From an uncultured virus (IMG/VR IMGVR_UViG_3300032132_000750) (Duplodnaviria; Heunggongvirae; Uroviricota; Caudoviricetes): DNA of 64,000 nt. Positions 54,604-63,332 of this stretch are shown piece after piece. The notes beneath the pieces are model-generated. The model ran no database searches. It was not told where the DNA came from and saw nothing but the letters and a program-made list of their open reading frames with translations. Position 1 is the first letter of the stretch. Each line of letters begins with the position of its first letter. The position numbers and the translations under genes are program-made. Location of the stretch: IMG/VR virus record IMGVR_UViG_3300032132_000750; one strand, written 5' to 3'.

Positions 54604-55539
54604 ATGGACTTTGATAGGCTTAATAGCTATCTACGTAGATACTTTAAAGCCCAAGGTCTGCAAGCTGCGGATATCGATGATCTCGTGCAAACAGCATTGC
54701 TTAAAATCTATAAAGCGTCTTCAAGTTTTGATTCCGAAAAAGGTAGCATCACAACTTGGGCTACAACTATCGCTAAAAGATGTCTGGTTGATCTGTTTAG
54801 GTCGAAAAAGCCTGAAACTGAACTAATTGATGATCTTCAAGGGGCTATTCCTCTTGACAAGGACACTTCGGAGGATATTCAATATCGTATTGATTTGGTG
54901 ATGTCACACTTAAGTGCCAAACACAAAATCATTCTCGAACGAAAGCTTGTTAAAAAAGAACCGAATACTCAATTAGCCAAAGAGGCGGGCATAACTCAAG
55001 AAGGTATTCGATGGAGACTTCACGAAGCAAGAAAAGCTTTTAAAAGACAGTGGGACAAGTATTCTGAAACCGTCTCTTGTATGTGCGGTTGTGGGATTCG
55101 ATTACCTAAATACAATTCACGAGGTAAGCTACGTCGTTTTTCTCGCGGACACTCACGGAGACTTAAAAAGAAGCCAGTAGAATTGATTGTCTGTGCTTGC
55201 GGCTGTGGCGAGAAAACCCCCAAAATCGGCAGAAAGGGCGAGCCGGTTAAATACATCAAAGGCCACTACAACCGAGAAAACCGCAAATACGATGGGAAAA
55301 CCCGTAACGAGCGGATGACTCAAAGTGTTACTGCTAAGCGAAAAGAGCGTAGAACGAAGGCCGAAGAGCTTGGAATCGAGGTCGCGCCAGTAATCACAAA
55401 ATTATGCTGTGCTTGTAACCAAGAAAAACCTACCAAGTGGTCGAAGCACTACAACGCCGACCTGACCCCCATTTATTTTTCAAGATGTATCGAATGTAAG
55501 AAAGCCTACCAGCGAGAGCGTAGAAAGAAAATCGCATGA
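54604..55539 (+). CDS. ECF-type RNA polymerase sigma factor with C-terminal Cys-rich extension
   Basis: DIDDLVQTALLKIY, SITTWATTIAKRCLVDLFR (region 2), region 4 HTH; CMCGCG, CACGCG, CCAC...CIEC. Confidence 0.85.
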   Translation: MDFDRLNSYLRRYFKAQGLQAADIDDLVQTALLKIYKASSSFDSEKGSITTWATTIAKRCLVDLFRSKKPETELIDDLQGAIPLDKDTSEDIQYRIDLVMSHLSAKHKIILERKLVKKEPNTQLAKEAGITQEGIRWRLHEARKAFKRQWDKYSETVSCMCGCGIRLPKYNSRGKLRRFSRGHSRRLKKKPVELIVCACGCGEKTPKIGRKGEPVKYIKGHYNRENRKYDGKTRNERMTQSVTAKRKERRTKAEELGIEVAPVITKLCCACNQEKPTKWSKHYNADLTPIYFSRCIECKKAYQRERRKKIA

Positions 55540-55847
55540 GCCTTACTCATGAAGTAGCTGTATCGGTGATTAACCTTGAACCACGCGAAGAGGGGGTATT
55601 CTTAGACGTTAGGGTCGTTATCAAGTCCTACCGAAAAGAGCGTCATCTACTTTTTTGGTCATCTACAGAATTGGCCAAGGAAGAAAGTAAGTTCTTAACC
55701 TTTGTTTATAGGCCCGGAAAGGGCTGGCATCAAATAATAAAAGGAAAGGAAGTTAAGTGTCGTTGTTACATATATACCCATCCCGGAAGATTTCATCTAA
55801 GCTACTTAACTACTCTCTGGATTAATGCAGAGCGAGGCTTATAGAAC

Positions 55848-56612
55848 CTAGCCGTCCCAATGAAGTTCAATTCGGCCAAATTTCACATCATCTAGAATGC
55901 CATCAGCATCATCACTGTAATACCAAACTAATAGCTTGAGCATATCATACTCCGAGAATTTGCCTGCTAGGCTCGCTGCTGAAATAGTTAGTGCTTGATA
56001 GCTAGCATCAGTGGTATCGTCTTGGAAAACTCTTGATGCTTTGACTGGAGTGTCAAACTGTGTTCCGTCTGCGGGGTCTTGCACTTCAATGTTAAAAGAG
56101 AAATCAAGAGTTCCGCCGCCAGATGCCGCTACCTTATGATACGCAGTTATTCCTCCTGTTGACCATGCACTGAATCCTTTAGGTATTGCGGTCTGTAGCC
56201 AAAAACCAACCGCCCTAGGATCATCTGCTGGACCCAATCCTGGATCAAGGAAACTTGTGAGTTTACCATTGCCATCAGCTTCATGACCATAAGTTCCTGA
56301 CGTTCCGCCGACATCCCAATTACCCGATACTTGAGTCATTTCTGGTATAGCTAGCCAGCTACGACCCGGTGTTGTTCCTGGGCTGCCAGTATTCCACGTC
56401 AGCCGCCCCAAACCTTGATAACCCCAGTCACTCAAATAGTTTTGGAGGTCACCCGATCCGGTGATATACTTTTGAGCAGCAAAGGGGTAACTAATCAATG
56501 CTGTTGGTTTAGTGAGACTGCCACCACTTGCATTGACTAAAGTGTCTCCAGATGATACTGTCTTTTTTTGGCCGGATGAGGAATCAAGTCCGGATGCTAT
56601 GATGTCTGCCAT
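55848..56612 (-). CDS. Putative virion appendage protein; N-terminus paralogous to the 52764-54353 gene
   Basis: MADIIASGLDSSSGQKKTVSSGDTL vs MAILSIRGVDTVTGQEKLASTADTV. Confidence 0.6.
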   Translation of the reverse strand: MADIIASGLDSSSGQKKTVSSGDTLVNASGGSLTKPTALISYPFAAQKYITGSGDLQNYLSDWGYQGLGRLTWNTGSPGTTPGRSWLAIPEMTQVSGNWDVGGTSGTYGHEADGNGKLTSFLDPGLGPADDPRAVGFWLQTAIPKGFSAWSTGGITAYHKVAASGGGTLDFSFNIEVQDPADGTQFDTPVKASRVFQDDTTDASYQALTISAASLAGKFSEYDMLKLLVWYYSDDADGILDDVKFGRIELHWDG

Positions 56613-57084
56613 ACTCTAAATGTATCAAATTTTGTATTTTATCCCTAAAGAGGTTCTCTTGAAAATAAAAATCACCTGGACTGATCCCGGCAATGATAGG
56701 CAAAGAGGAGTTAAAGGACCTACTCCGTTTTTTCGTACTTTGGTTAGAACTACCAAAACTATGATCATAGTCAAAGGCACAAACCATCTTGGGCAGGATC
56801 TTGGTCAGGAACGATGGCGTCGAAAAGACGGAACTAATATAGACTACGATGAAGATTACTTCGGCTGGGTTATATCTCCAAAGGACTTAAAGAATTTAAA
56901 TGAAAACTTTCCCGGAACCACAAGTCACAATATCTAAAGAAGAATACGATCAACTCGTAGAATGTAGGGATGTGCTCTCACGGATGTATTATGATAATTG
57001 TTTAGCTGGTAATAATATTACAAAATGGACTATTACCAAAAAACAGCTTGAACGTATAGAGGTGCTAGAAGATATTAAGGGCTA

Positions 57085-58260
57085 CTAGTTAGGTTTTTTC
57101 CAAATTTGGAATACAGCGCGGCAAGGTAACTCGCCTTTAGACGTTATTTCAAATTCGCGACTAACTGATCTCTCATAAAAGAGCAACCAGAAAAGAGCAG
57201 ATGCTTGTCGAGGGCTTGAGATGAAAGCTGTCAAAGCATGCCATAAAAGCCAAGGCTTTCTAATTATTCCGCGAAGAATAAGTCTTTCTGCTTCTTGGGC
57301 TGCTGCGCGATAACGATCAGTCATGTCGAATTCTGCGACTTGTCGGAACAAACCTCTAGCGGCTTTATTGAGTTGTCCACGTTTAGGATAGACCCCACCA
57401 AAGCCGTGAGCCATAAGGCGTTGTTGACGTAATCCTGTATTCCACCAACCGCTAATTGATCCTCCATATAAATCTTCATACGTCGGAACAATATCTGCGA
57501 ATTCGATGGTAGAGTTTCCAACAATAGCTCCTGGGGCTGCTACGTAATCTACGACTTTCCAGAAATCACGATAAGCTTCATCGAGCTTACCTGCTTTATA
57601 TTTATCTAGATCTGCTAGATGCTCTAGAGACCCCTTAAACCAGATATGTGTAAACATACCTGGTTTTACTACTTTAGGGAGGTCCCAAAAATTTACTTGG
57701 TGTGCGTTTAAGCCATTTCCTCGTGACTGTAATACGTGATTTCCTACTGGGGTGATTCCTAGGTAGTTTTCATACTTAACCCCTAGACCTTTAACCGCTG
57801 TTTTGCCGGGTCCTCCGGGGCCACAGCCTACATCTAGCATTATAGAATTTGGTCCTATACCTAGTTTTCTTTGCAACCAAACGTCTTGGCGTATTTGAGA
57901 ACCTACGAAGGATAGAACTTTTTTACCAGTATAGCCTTCTCGATAGCCTTCGTTGAAACCAACTTCCGGGTTTTCAACTCGAACACCATCAACTTCAATA
58001 ACCTTTTCATTGAAGGACTCTTTTAGAAGTCTTTGAATGATCTTATAAAAAATTCGATCATAACAGCTTGTCATATCAGCATTTGCTGGAGTGGCGGGTG
58101 TCTGAGAATTTTTAAAGAATCGTGTAGGTAGTTCAGCAGCTATTGGTTTTGCTGGTGGCAAGTGTAATTTAGGAATACGAGGCAGTATTAGCTTAGGCGC
58201 TCCGACGTTTTTAGATGGAAGCATTCTTTGAACATTTCCTAGGTATCCCGGTCTGCGCAT
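57085..58260 (-). CDS. Class I SAM methyltransferase (CFA-synthase-like) carrying the RRPGYLG tag
   Basis: MRRPGYLG start; MLDVGCGPGG, GIT, NFWDL, GSLEHL, FGGVYP, DMTDRY. Confidence 0.8.
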   Translation of the reverse strand: MRRPGYLGNVQRMLPSKNVGAPKLILPRIPKLHLPPAKPIAAELPTRFFKNSQTPATPANADMTSCYDRIFYKIIQRLLKESFNEKVIEVDGVRVENPEVGFNEGYREGYTGKKVLSFVGSQIRQDVWLQRKLGIGPNSIMLDVGCGPGGPGKTAVKGLGVKYENYLGITPVGNHVLQSRGNGLNAHQVNFWDLPKVVKPGMFTHIWFKGSLEHLADLDKYKAGKLDEAYRDFWKVVDYVAAPGAIVGNSTIEFADIVPTYEDLYGGSISGWWNTGLRQQRLMAHGFGGVYPKRGQLNKAARGLFRQVAEFDMTDRYRAAAQEAERLILRGIIRKPWLLWHALTAFISSPRQASALFWLLFYERSVSREFEITSKGELPCRAVFQIWKKPN

Positions 58261-58360
58261 AACCGCATTATATCAAAAGAAACGTCGGAATGCATGAATA
58301 CGATTACACCGAACCTGACTATAACGTAAGAAAAAGATACAAATAAGCTATAATTAATGT

Positions 58361-59806
58361 GTGGACGAACTACTTCGCGGACTAGAGCGCCGATATCAAG
58401 AAACTAACGCAGCCCAAGATGGTATTACGTATCTATTAGCTTCAATTCGCGCTAGTCACACCTGGGATTTAGATGATATTCCACGTCGATGGCTTCATGA
58501 TAAAAATGTAGAACGTGCTCTCCAAAACTCCATCTCAACTTTTCATACATTTGAGTTAAATGGTATCTCACTTCGCCAACATATATTGGATTTGGCTCAA
58601 GCTGCTGGGAGATTACCTATAGAAATTTTTCCTAGACCAGTGCATGGTAACGATGCGGATAGCAACGCTAGCTTAGACATAGATGATGATCGTTATGGGC
58701 CGCTTGTTGTAGCTATGTGCCTTTGCTTAGGGGAGCATGATGGTAATCCTATTACTAAACTCGGGCTTATCACATTAACCAGGCATACTACCGGGTGCAA
58801 ATTCTGTCAAAATAGGGGGGAACATCTCTGCACAGCTTTTAAGCATCCTTATGCTGGAGGATATGAACTACCCGACAATGAACAAAAACTCATGGGTGAG
58901 CGATTGCGGGACTACCCTTGGCTATCAGCAGAGCGACACGATGAATGGAACTATATAGAACCAACTAGAACCTGGATCCCAGAACAAAATACCAGACAAA
59001 TGAGTAGCTCCTGGCGTTATAGGCTTCATCTGCTTCTGTACGAGCAAACCCCCAGAGATGATGATAACCACTTTCGGCACCCAGCAACCTATGATGTCGT
59101 CAATAATTATTGGAATAACGAATATTGGTATCTTAATGAGATAAAAAGCTTAGCGGCTTTTAGGGATTTCGCATCAGAAAAAGCTATTCTTGATAAGATT
59201 ACAAAAACCTGTGATTCTAACAAGATGAGAACCACTTTTCATAGACGCGGCGCATATCTTAACTACAAAACTTGTATTCTTTTTCCAGTAATTGATCCTC
59301 GTCGGCATATTCCTACAGAAGATCCCCATCAACCTATTGAAACTGCTCCGATAATCTCTCAAGAACCTTGCGGAGATGCGATGGTTCTTGCTCCTTTAGC
59401 TGCGCGAATCAGAGCTTGGCAGATGGGACAAGTTCCTGCGGATTATGTGTTAGAGATGTCAGCGCATACCGCATGTGGTCATGGCGTAACCATCGTTAAA
59501 AACCAGCTTGTCCCTTTGTGTCCTTATCGATGGAGTGATACTTGGGAACCTGTCTATGATAAATGTGTTCAATGTGCCGCGCCAATAGTTTTAGGTAGCC
59601 GAACTAGTGCTTGCCCTCGTTGCCAACAGAAATGGCGCTTTGAGTTTGAAGCTGAGCGAGGAAACGTTCCTCCACCAGACCCTTACTATGAATGTCGGGG
59701 ATGTGCAGGTCACTATGATTCTCGATGGGAAGCTGAAGAATGCGAAGAAACTACGGAATGCCTAGACTACGAATATGCTGATTACGTCGAACCTGGTTAC
59801 GAATAA
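58361..59806 (+). CDS. MDxxLRxLER-module protein with C-terminal zinc ribbons
   Basis: MDELLRGLERRYQETNAAQDGITYLLASIRAS; CVQC..CPRC..CRGC; TATAAT 6 nt before GTG. Confidence 0.75.
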   Translation: MDELLRGLERRYQETNAAQDGITYLLASIRASHTWDLDDIPRRWLHDKNVERALQNSISTFHTFELNGISLRQHILDLAQAAGRLPIEIFPRPVHGNDADSNASLDIDDDRYGPLVVAMCLCLGEHDGNPITKLGLITLTRHTTGCKFCQNRGEHLCTAFKHPYAGGYELPDNEQKLMGERLRDYPWLSAERHDEWNYIEPTRTWIPEQNTRQMSSSWRYRLHLLLYEQTPRDDDNHFRHPATYDVVNNYWNNEYWYLNEIKSLAAFRDFASEKAILDKITKTCDSNKMRTTFHRRGAYLNYKTCILFPVIDPRRHIPTEDPHQPIETAPIISQEPCGDAMVLAPLAARIRAWQMGQVPADYVLEMSAHTACGHGVTIVKNQLVPLCPYRWSDTWEPVYDKCVQCAAPIVLGSRTSACPRCQQKWRFEFEAERGNVPPPDPYYECRGCAGHYDSRWEAEECEETTECLDYEYADYVEPGYE

Positions 59807-59831
59807 TTTGGTAAACTATATTAGGTGATTT

Positions 59832-60230
59832 ATGAGTTTATTTAGTAATGGTATAGGTTTTGGCCGATACGGACAATTTAACCCAGGATTCGATTTTGGC
59901 CCAAGCGATGGATGCGATCCAGGCCGAGCCAATACTTGCGGCACACAGGCGGCTGATGGCTCCTCTACTTGTTTTGATGATCGTGGTTGCCCTGTTTATT
60001 CAGAAGGCAGCGGTGGTATCAAGGTTTTAGCCAAACAAGGTACTCAGGCTGGTAAAGAGCTTTTACGAGATAGAATTCGTCATGCCCAAGATACCGGTGA
60101 AAGCCTCACTGTTGATATTTTTGGTAATAAAAAGCAAATAGGCGGCGGTATAGATCCCAAAATACTTATCGGTGGCGGATTAGCTTTAGCTGTAATTGTT
60201 GTGCTTATTGCGACAAGAAACCGTAAATAA
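59832..60230 (+). CDS. FG-motif protein with C-terminal TM anchor
   Basis: MSLFSNGIGFGRYGQFNPGFDFG; 4 Cys; hydrophobic C-terminus then RNRK. Confidence 0.75.
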   Translation: MSLFSNGIGFGRYGQFNPGFDFGPSDGCDPGRANTCGTQAADGSSTCFDDRGCPVYSEGSGGIKVLAKQGTQAGKELLRDRIRHAQDTGESLTVDIFGNKKQIGGGIDPKILIGGGLALAVIVVLIATRNRK

Positions 60231-60235
60231 CTTTT

Positions 60236-61669
60236 TCAATGGGATCGATTATCTTTTCCGTATGCCATAGTTCGTGGCACAACATATTTATCAAATTCGA
60301 ATCCGAAACCTAGCTCTATTGCGGCCTGTTTTAGGGTTCCACCAGATGCATGCGCTAATTTAGCAACTTTAGCTGCATTATCATAGCCAATATGGGGAGC
60401 CAGCACAGTCACCAACATTAAAGAGTTCTCTACGTTGGCTTCAATCGTCTCAAGATTTGGTTCAATACCTATAACGCATTTATTAGCAAACAGTCGCATA
60501 CTATCGCTAAGTAAAGCAATACTTCGCATCAGATTATGAATTATTAAGGGTTTGAATACATTTAATTCAAACTGTCCTTGGCTGGCTGCGAAACCGACAG
60601 CAGCATCATTGCCCATAACCTCGATAGCAACCATAGTTACCTGTTCACATTGCGTCGGATTAACTTTGCCCGGCATAATACTGCTACCAGGCTCATTCAT
60701 GGGAAGAATTAGTTCTCCCAAACCGCAGCGAGGACCAGAAGCTAGCAATCGAATATCATTCGCTATCTTCATTAGATTAGCCGCTAAGCTCTTTAGAGCC
60801 CCGCTAAGAAGCACTTCTGCATCGTGGCTAGTCAGGGCATGAAAGTTATTAGGATGGGGAGTAAAGCCATAGTTTTTAGGTGTTAGCTTATTAAGTTGCT
60901 TGCAAACATCACCAGACCACGCAAATCCCGTATTAAGTCCGGTTCCTACGGCTGTCCCACCAATAGCAATCTCCTGAAGATGGGTTGCTTTGACGTGATA
61001 TATGTGCGCGGCGGATTTATTGATCATTGTCAGATAGCCGCCGAACTCTTGGCCCAAGAAGAGAGGTACAGCATCCTGTAAGTGAGTACGTCCTACCTTG
61101 ACAATATCCTTAAACTGTACACTCTTATTATGTAAGGCCCCCTTAAGAGCACTAATAGCGGGAGTTAGTTGATTATCAATTGCCAATGTTAAAGCAATGC
61201 GCATTGCACTTGGAAAAGTGTCATTACTACTTTGGCGCATATTGACATCATCATTAGGATGAACCAACTTTTCTTTTCGAAAGTCTCCTCCCATTATCTC
61301 AGTGGCTCGATTAGCAATAACCTCGTTGAGATTCATGTTGGTCTGAGTGCCGCTACCTGTTTGCCAGACTTTCAAAGGGAAGTTGTCTAATAAGCTGCCG
61401 AAAATAATTTCATCGGCTGCCTGACAAATAGCATCTCTCTTTTCTTTGCTCAGAGGGTTTTTCTCGCGCAAGTAGACTCCGTAATCGTAATTGACTGTTG
61501 CGCACGCTTTTTTAAGATAGGCGTAAGCAATGATTAATCGATAGGGCATGGCCTCACCAAAACCACCGATATTGAAGTTGTGGACGCTACGTTGTGTTTG
61601 GGCTCCCCAATATCTATCATCAGGGACCTGGATTTCACCCAAGGAATCTTTTTCAGAACGTGTTTTCAT
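60236..61669 (-). CDS. fumC: Fumarate hydratase, class II
   Basis: YWGAQTQRS, WQTGSGTQTNMN, SSNDTFP, GRTHLQDA, signature GSSIMPGKVNPTQCE; start MKTRSEKDSLG at 61669. Confidence 0.97.
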   Translation of the reverse strand: MKTRSEKDSLGEIQVPDDRYWGAQTQRSVHNFNIGGFGEAMPYRLIIAYAYLKKACATVNYDYGVYLREKNPLSKEKRDAICQAADEIIFGSLLDNFPLKVWQTGSGTQTNMNLNEVIANRATEIMGGDFRKEKLVHPNDDVNMRQSSNDTFPSAMRIALTLAIDNQLTPAISALKGALHNKSVQFKDIVKVGRTHLQDAVPLFLGQEFGGYLTMINKSAAHIYHVKATHLQEIAIGGTAVGTGLNTGFAWSGDVCKQLNKLTPKNYGFTPHPNNFHALTSHDAEVLLSGALKSLAANLMKIANDIRLLASGPRCGLGELILPMNEPGSSIMPGKVNPTQCEQVTMVAIEVMGNDAAVGFAASQGQFELNVFKPLIIHNLMRSIALLSDSMRLFANKCVIGIEPNLETIEANVENSLMLVTVLAPHIGYDNAAKVAKLAHASGGTLKQAAIELGFGFEFDKYVVPRTMAYGKDNRSH

Positions 61670-61779
61670 AACATCCCTAGACCATATAGTTGCTACAGTA
61701 GCATAGCCTAAAATAGGATTTTGGCAAGATTCAACGAGGTTATTTGTAAAACTCTTTTTAATTATGATAAAATAGTGAA

Positions 61780-62883
61780 ATGAAGAATATTGGTTTCGGA
61801 GCCTACGACGGCTATGCATCACTGGGGTTTGGAGATTTCGGCAGCACAGGTTGCGGGCAAGTCGGAGAACTCTGTAAGGACAGAGTTAAAAAGGAAGATA
61901 TCCAAGAACTAATTGATCGTATCAACGATCACAAGTCTTGTGCGGAAAAAACTTCACAGAATGCTGCGCACCCTTGCTCATTCCATCGGCCATTAAAGAA
62001 AACTATCGAAAAAACCATAGATTTTATTGAACGATTAGCTCGTGAAGGCAATCGTCAAGCTGCGCAATATTTAACCCAGGCTGTTGATGAGATGGCTCAA
62101 CTTATTGGCTTGCCTAGTGGTGGGTATCAACGCCTAAGAAACGCAGGTACTGAGACAATATTAGATGCTGGTTTAGAGACTTGGAATGATGCTAAGTATG
62201 ACGAACTAAACAATTCAGCAGGTTGGATAGAGATGTCCAAGTACATGTATTATAGTGTGGGCAACCGCGATAGTGGTGGAGCCCTTAAATTTGTAGTATT
62301 AGCTAGAGATTCTATCCACTTCATGCGTAATATCACCCCAGCCGAAGATGCGCGTAGAGCAACCACTATCAAGCAGCTAATTGATGTAGGTAGGCGAGAC
62401 GCAGGCCAACTAGGCGTTGCACGAGCTACCTTACAAAAAGCCTGGATTACTGAAGCTACCCGCAAGGCATTGCAAACCCAACTTGATGACGCCTATAAGG
62501 GTGCGAAAGTTAAAAACCCAGATGCGAGCACTTTTTCACTTATCGGATCTGCTGTCTTTTCAATGTTTGCGCCGGAAGGTCAAGAAGATATTTTCATGGA
62601 AGCCGGGGGTCAAGCCGCCGACGACATAGCAGCCGGTGACCCATTGCGCTCAAAACGGGTGCAGAATATGTCCTGGTCGGACGTATATGATCCCGACACT
62701 ATTGACTACGGCGTTACCGGTGATCCTAAAGCGGCGGCAGCTCGCGGTAGAAAATTACGCGGTGAAGATTGCTTTACCTTTGACGTGAAATGCCAATATT
62801 CACGGAACAAGTTCAAGGTTTGGGCGGCTGCTATTGGTGTGGCTGGTTTAGCAGGATTATTACTCTACGGATGGGTAAAGTAA
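61780..62883 (+). CDS. FG/LG-motif protein with C-terminal TM anchor
   Basis: MKNIGFGAYDGYASLGFGDFG; C-terminal hydrophobic helix; TAAAAT 6 nt before ATG. Confidence 0.78.
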   Translation: MKNIGFGAYDGYASLGFGDFGSTGCGQVGELCKDRVKKEDIQELIDRINDHKSCAEKTSQNAAHPCSFHRPLKKTIEKTIDFIERLAREGNRQAAQYLTQAVDEMAQLIGLPSGGYQRLRNAGTETILDAGLETWNDAKYDELNNSAGWIEMSKYMYYSVGNRDSGGALKFVVLARDSIHFMRNITPAEDARRATTIKQLIDVGRRDAGQLGVARATLQKAWITEATRKALQTQLDDAYKGAKVKNPDASTFSLIGSAVFSMFAPEGQEDIFMEAGGQAADDIAAGDPLRSKRVQNMSWSDVYDPDTIDYGVTGDPKAAAARGRKLRGEDCFTFDVKCQYSRNKFKVWAAAIGVAGLAGLLLYGWVK

Positions 62884-63251
62884 TGAGAAGACCTGGATAT
62901 TTAGGTGATTTAGAAGATACATGGTTTGGCAATTTTAGTGGCCGAGGTCGTGCAAGAGGTAAATCAAGACGTATAGCAGGCAAGGGACCTACAACGGCAG
63001 AACACAAACAGCGGTGTTTGAAATGTTGTAAAGGTAACTCAAACAGAGGAATTCATTCGTGCCTTAATGTGAACAAGTGCCGTGCAAATGCTAAATACTG
63101 GTGTCAGGATTACAGTAAGAATAAGTGTAAGTCGTGTTGCAAGAAAAATACTCGCCGCAAAGTCAAACGATGCCTTGCGAAAAACGACTGTAAAAAAGGT
63201 CACAAAAAACACTGTGATCGGGCCAAGTATAAGGCCCTCCCTAAACGCTAG
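62883..63251 (+). CDS. RPGYLG-tag family protein, basic Cys-rich tandem repeat
   Basis: MRRPGYLGDLEDTWFGNFSG; two repeats CxxCCK..N......CL..N.C.......C. Confidence 0.8.
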   Translation: MRRPGYLGDLEDTWFGNFSGRGRARGKSRRIAGKGPTTAEHKQRCLKCCKGNSNRGIHSCLNVNKCRANAKYWCQDYSKNKCKSCCKKNTRRKVKRCLAKNDCKKGHKKHCDRAKYKALPKR

Positions 63252-63332
63252 CAACCCCTAGACTTACGGCTTAAATTGGTCCTTGCTAGTCTCCGGCCAG
63301 CGTGATACCTTGTAAGCTGTCAAGGGGAGTAT

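Noticed and set aside
61670..61822. 51-aa N-terminal extension of fumarase in the ORF track
   Set aside because: Homology starts at MKTRSEKDSLG (61669); the extension overlaps the divergent gene and its promoter
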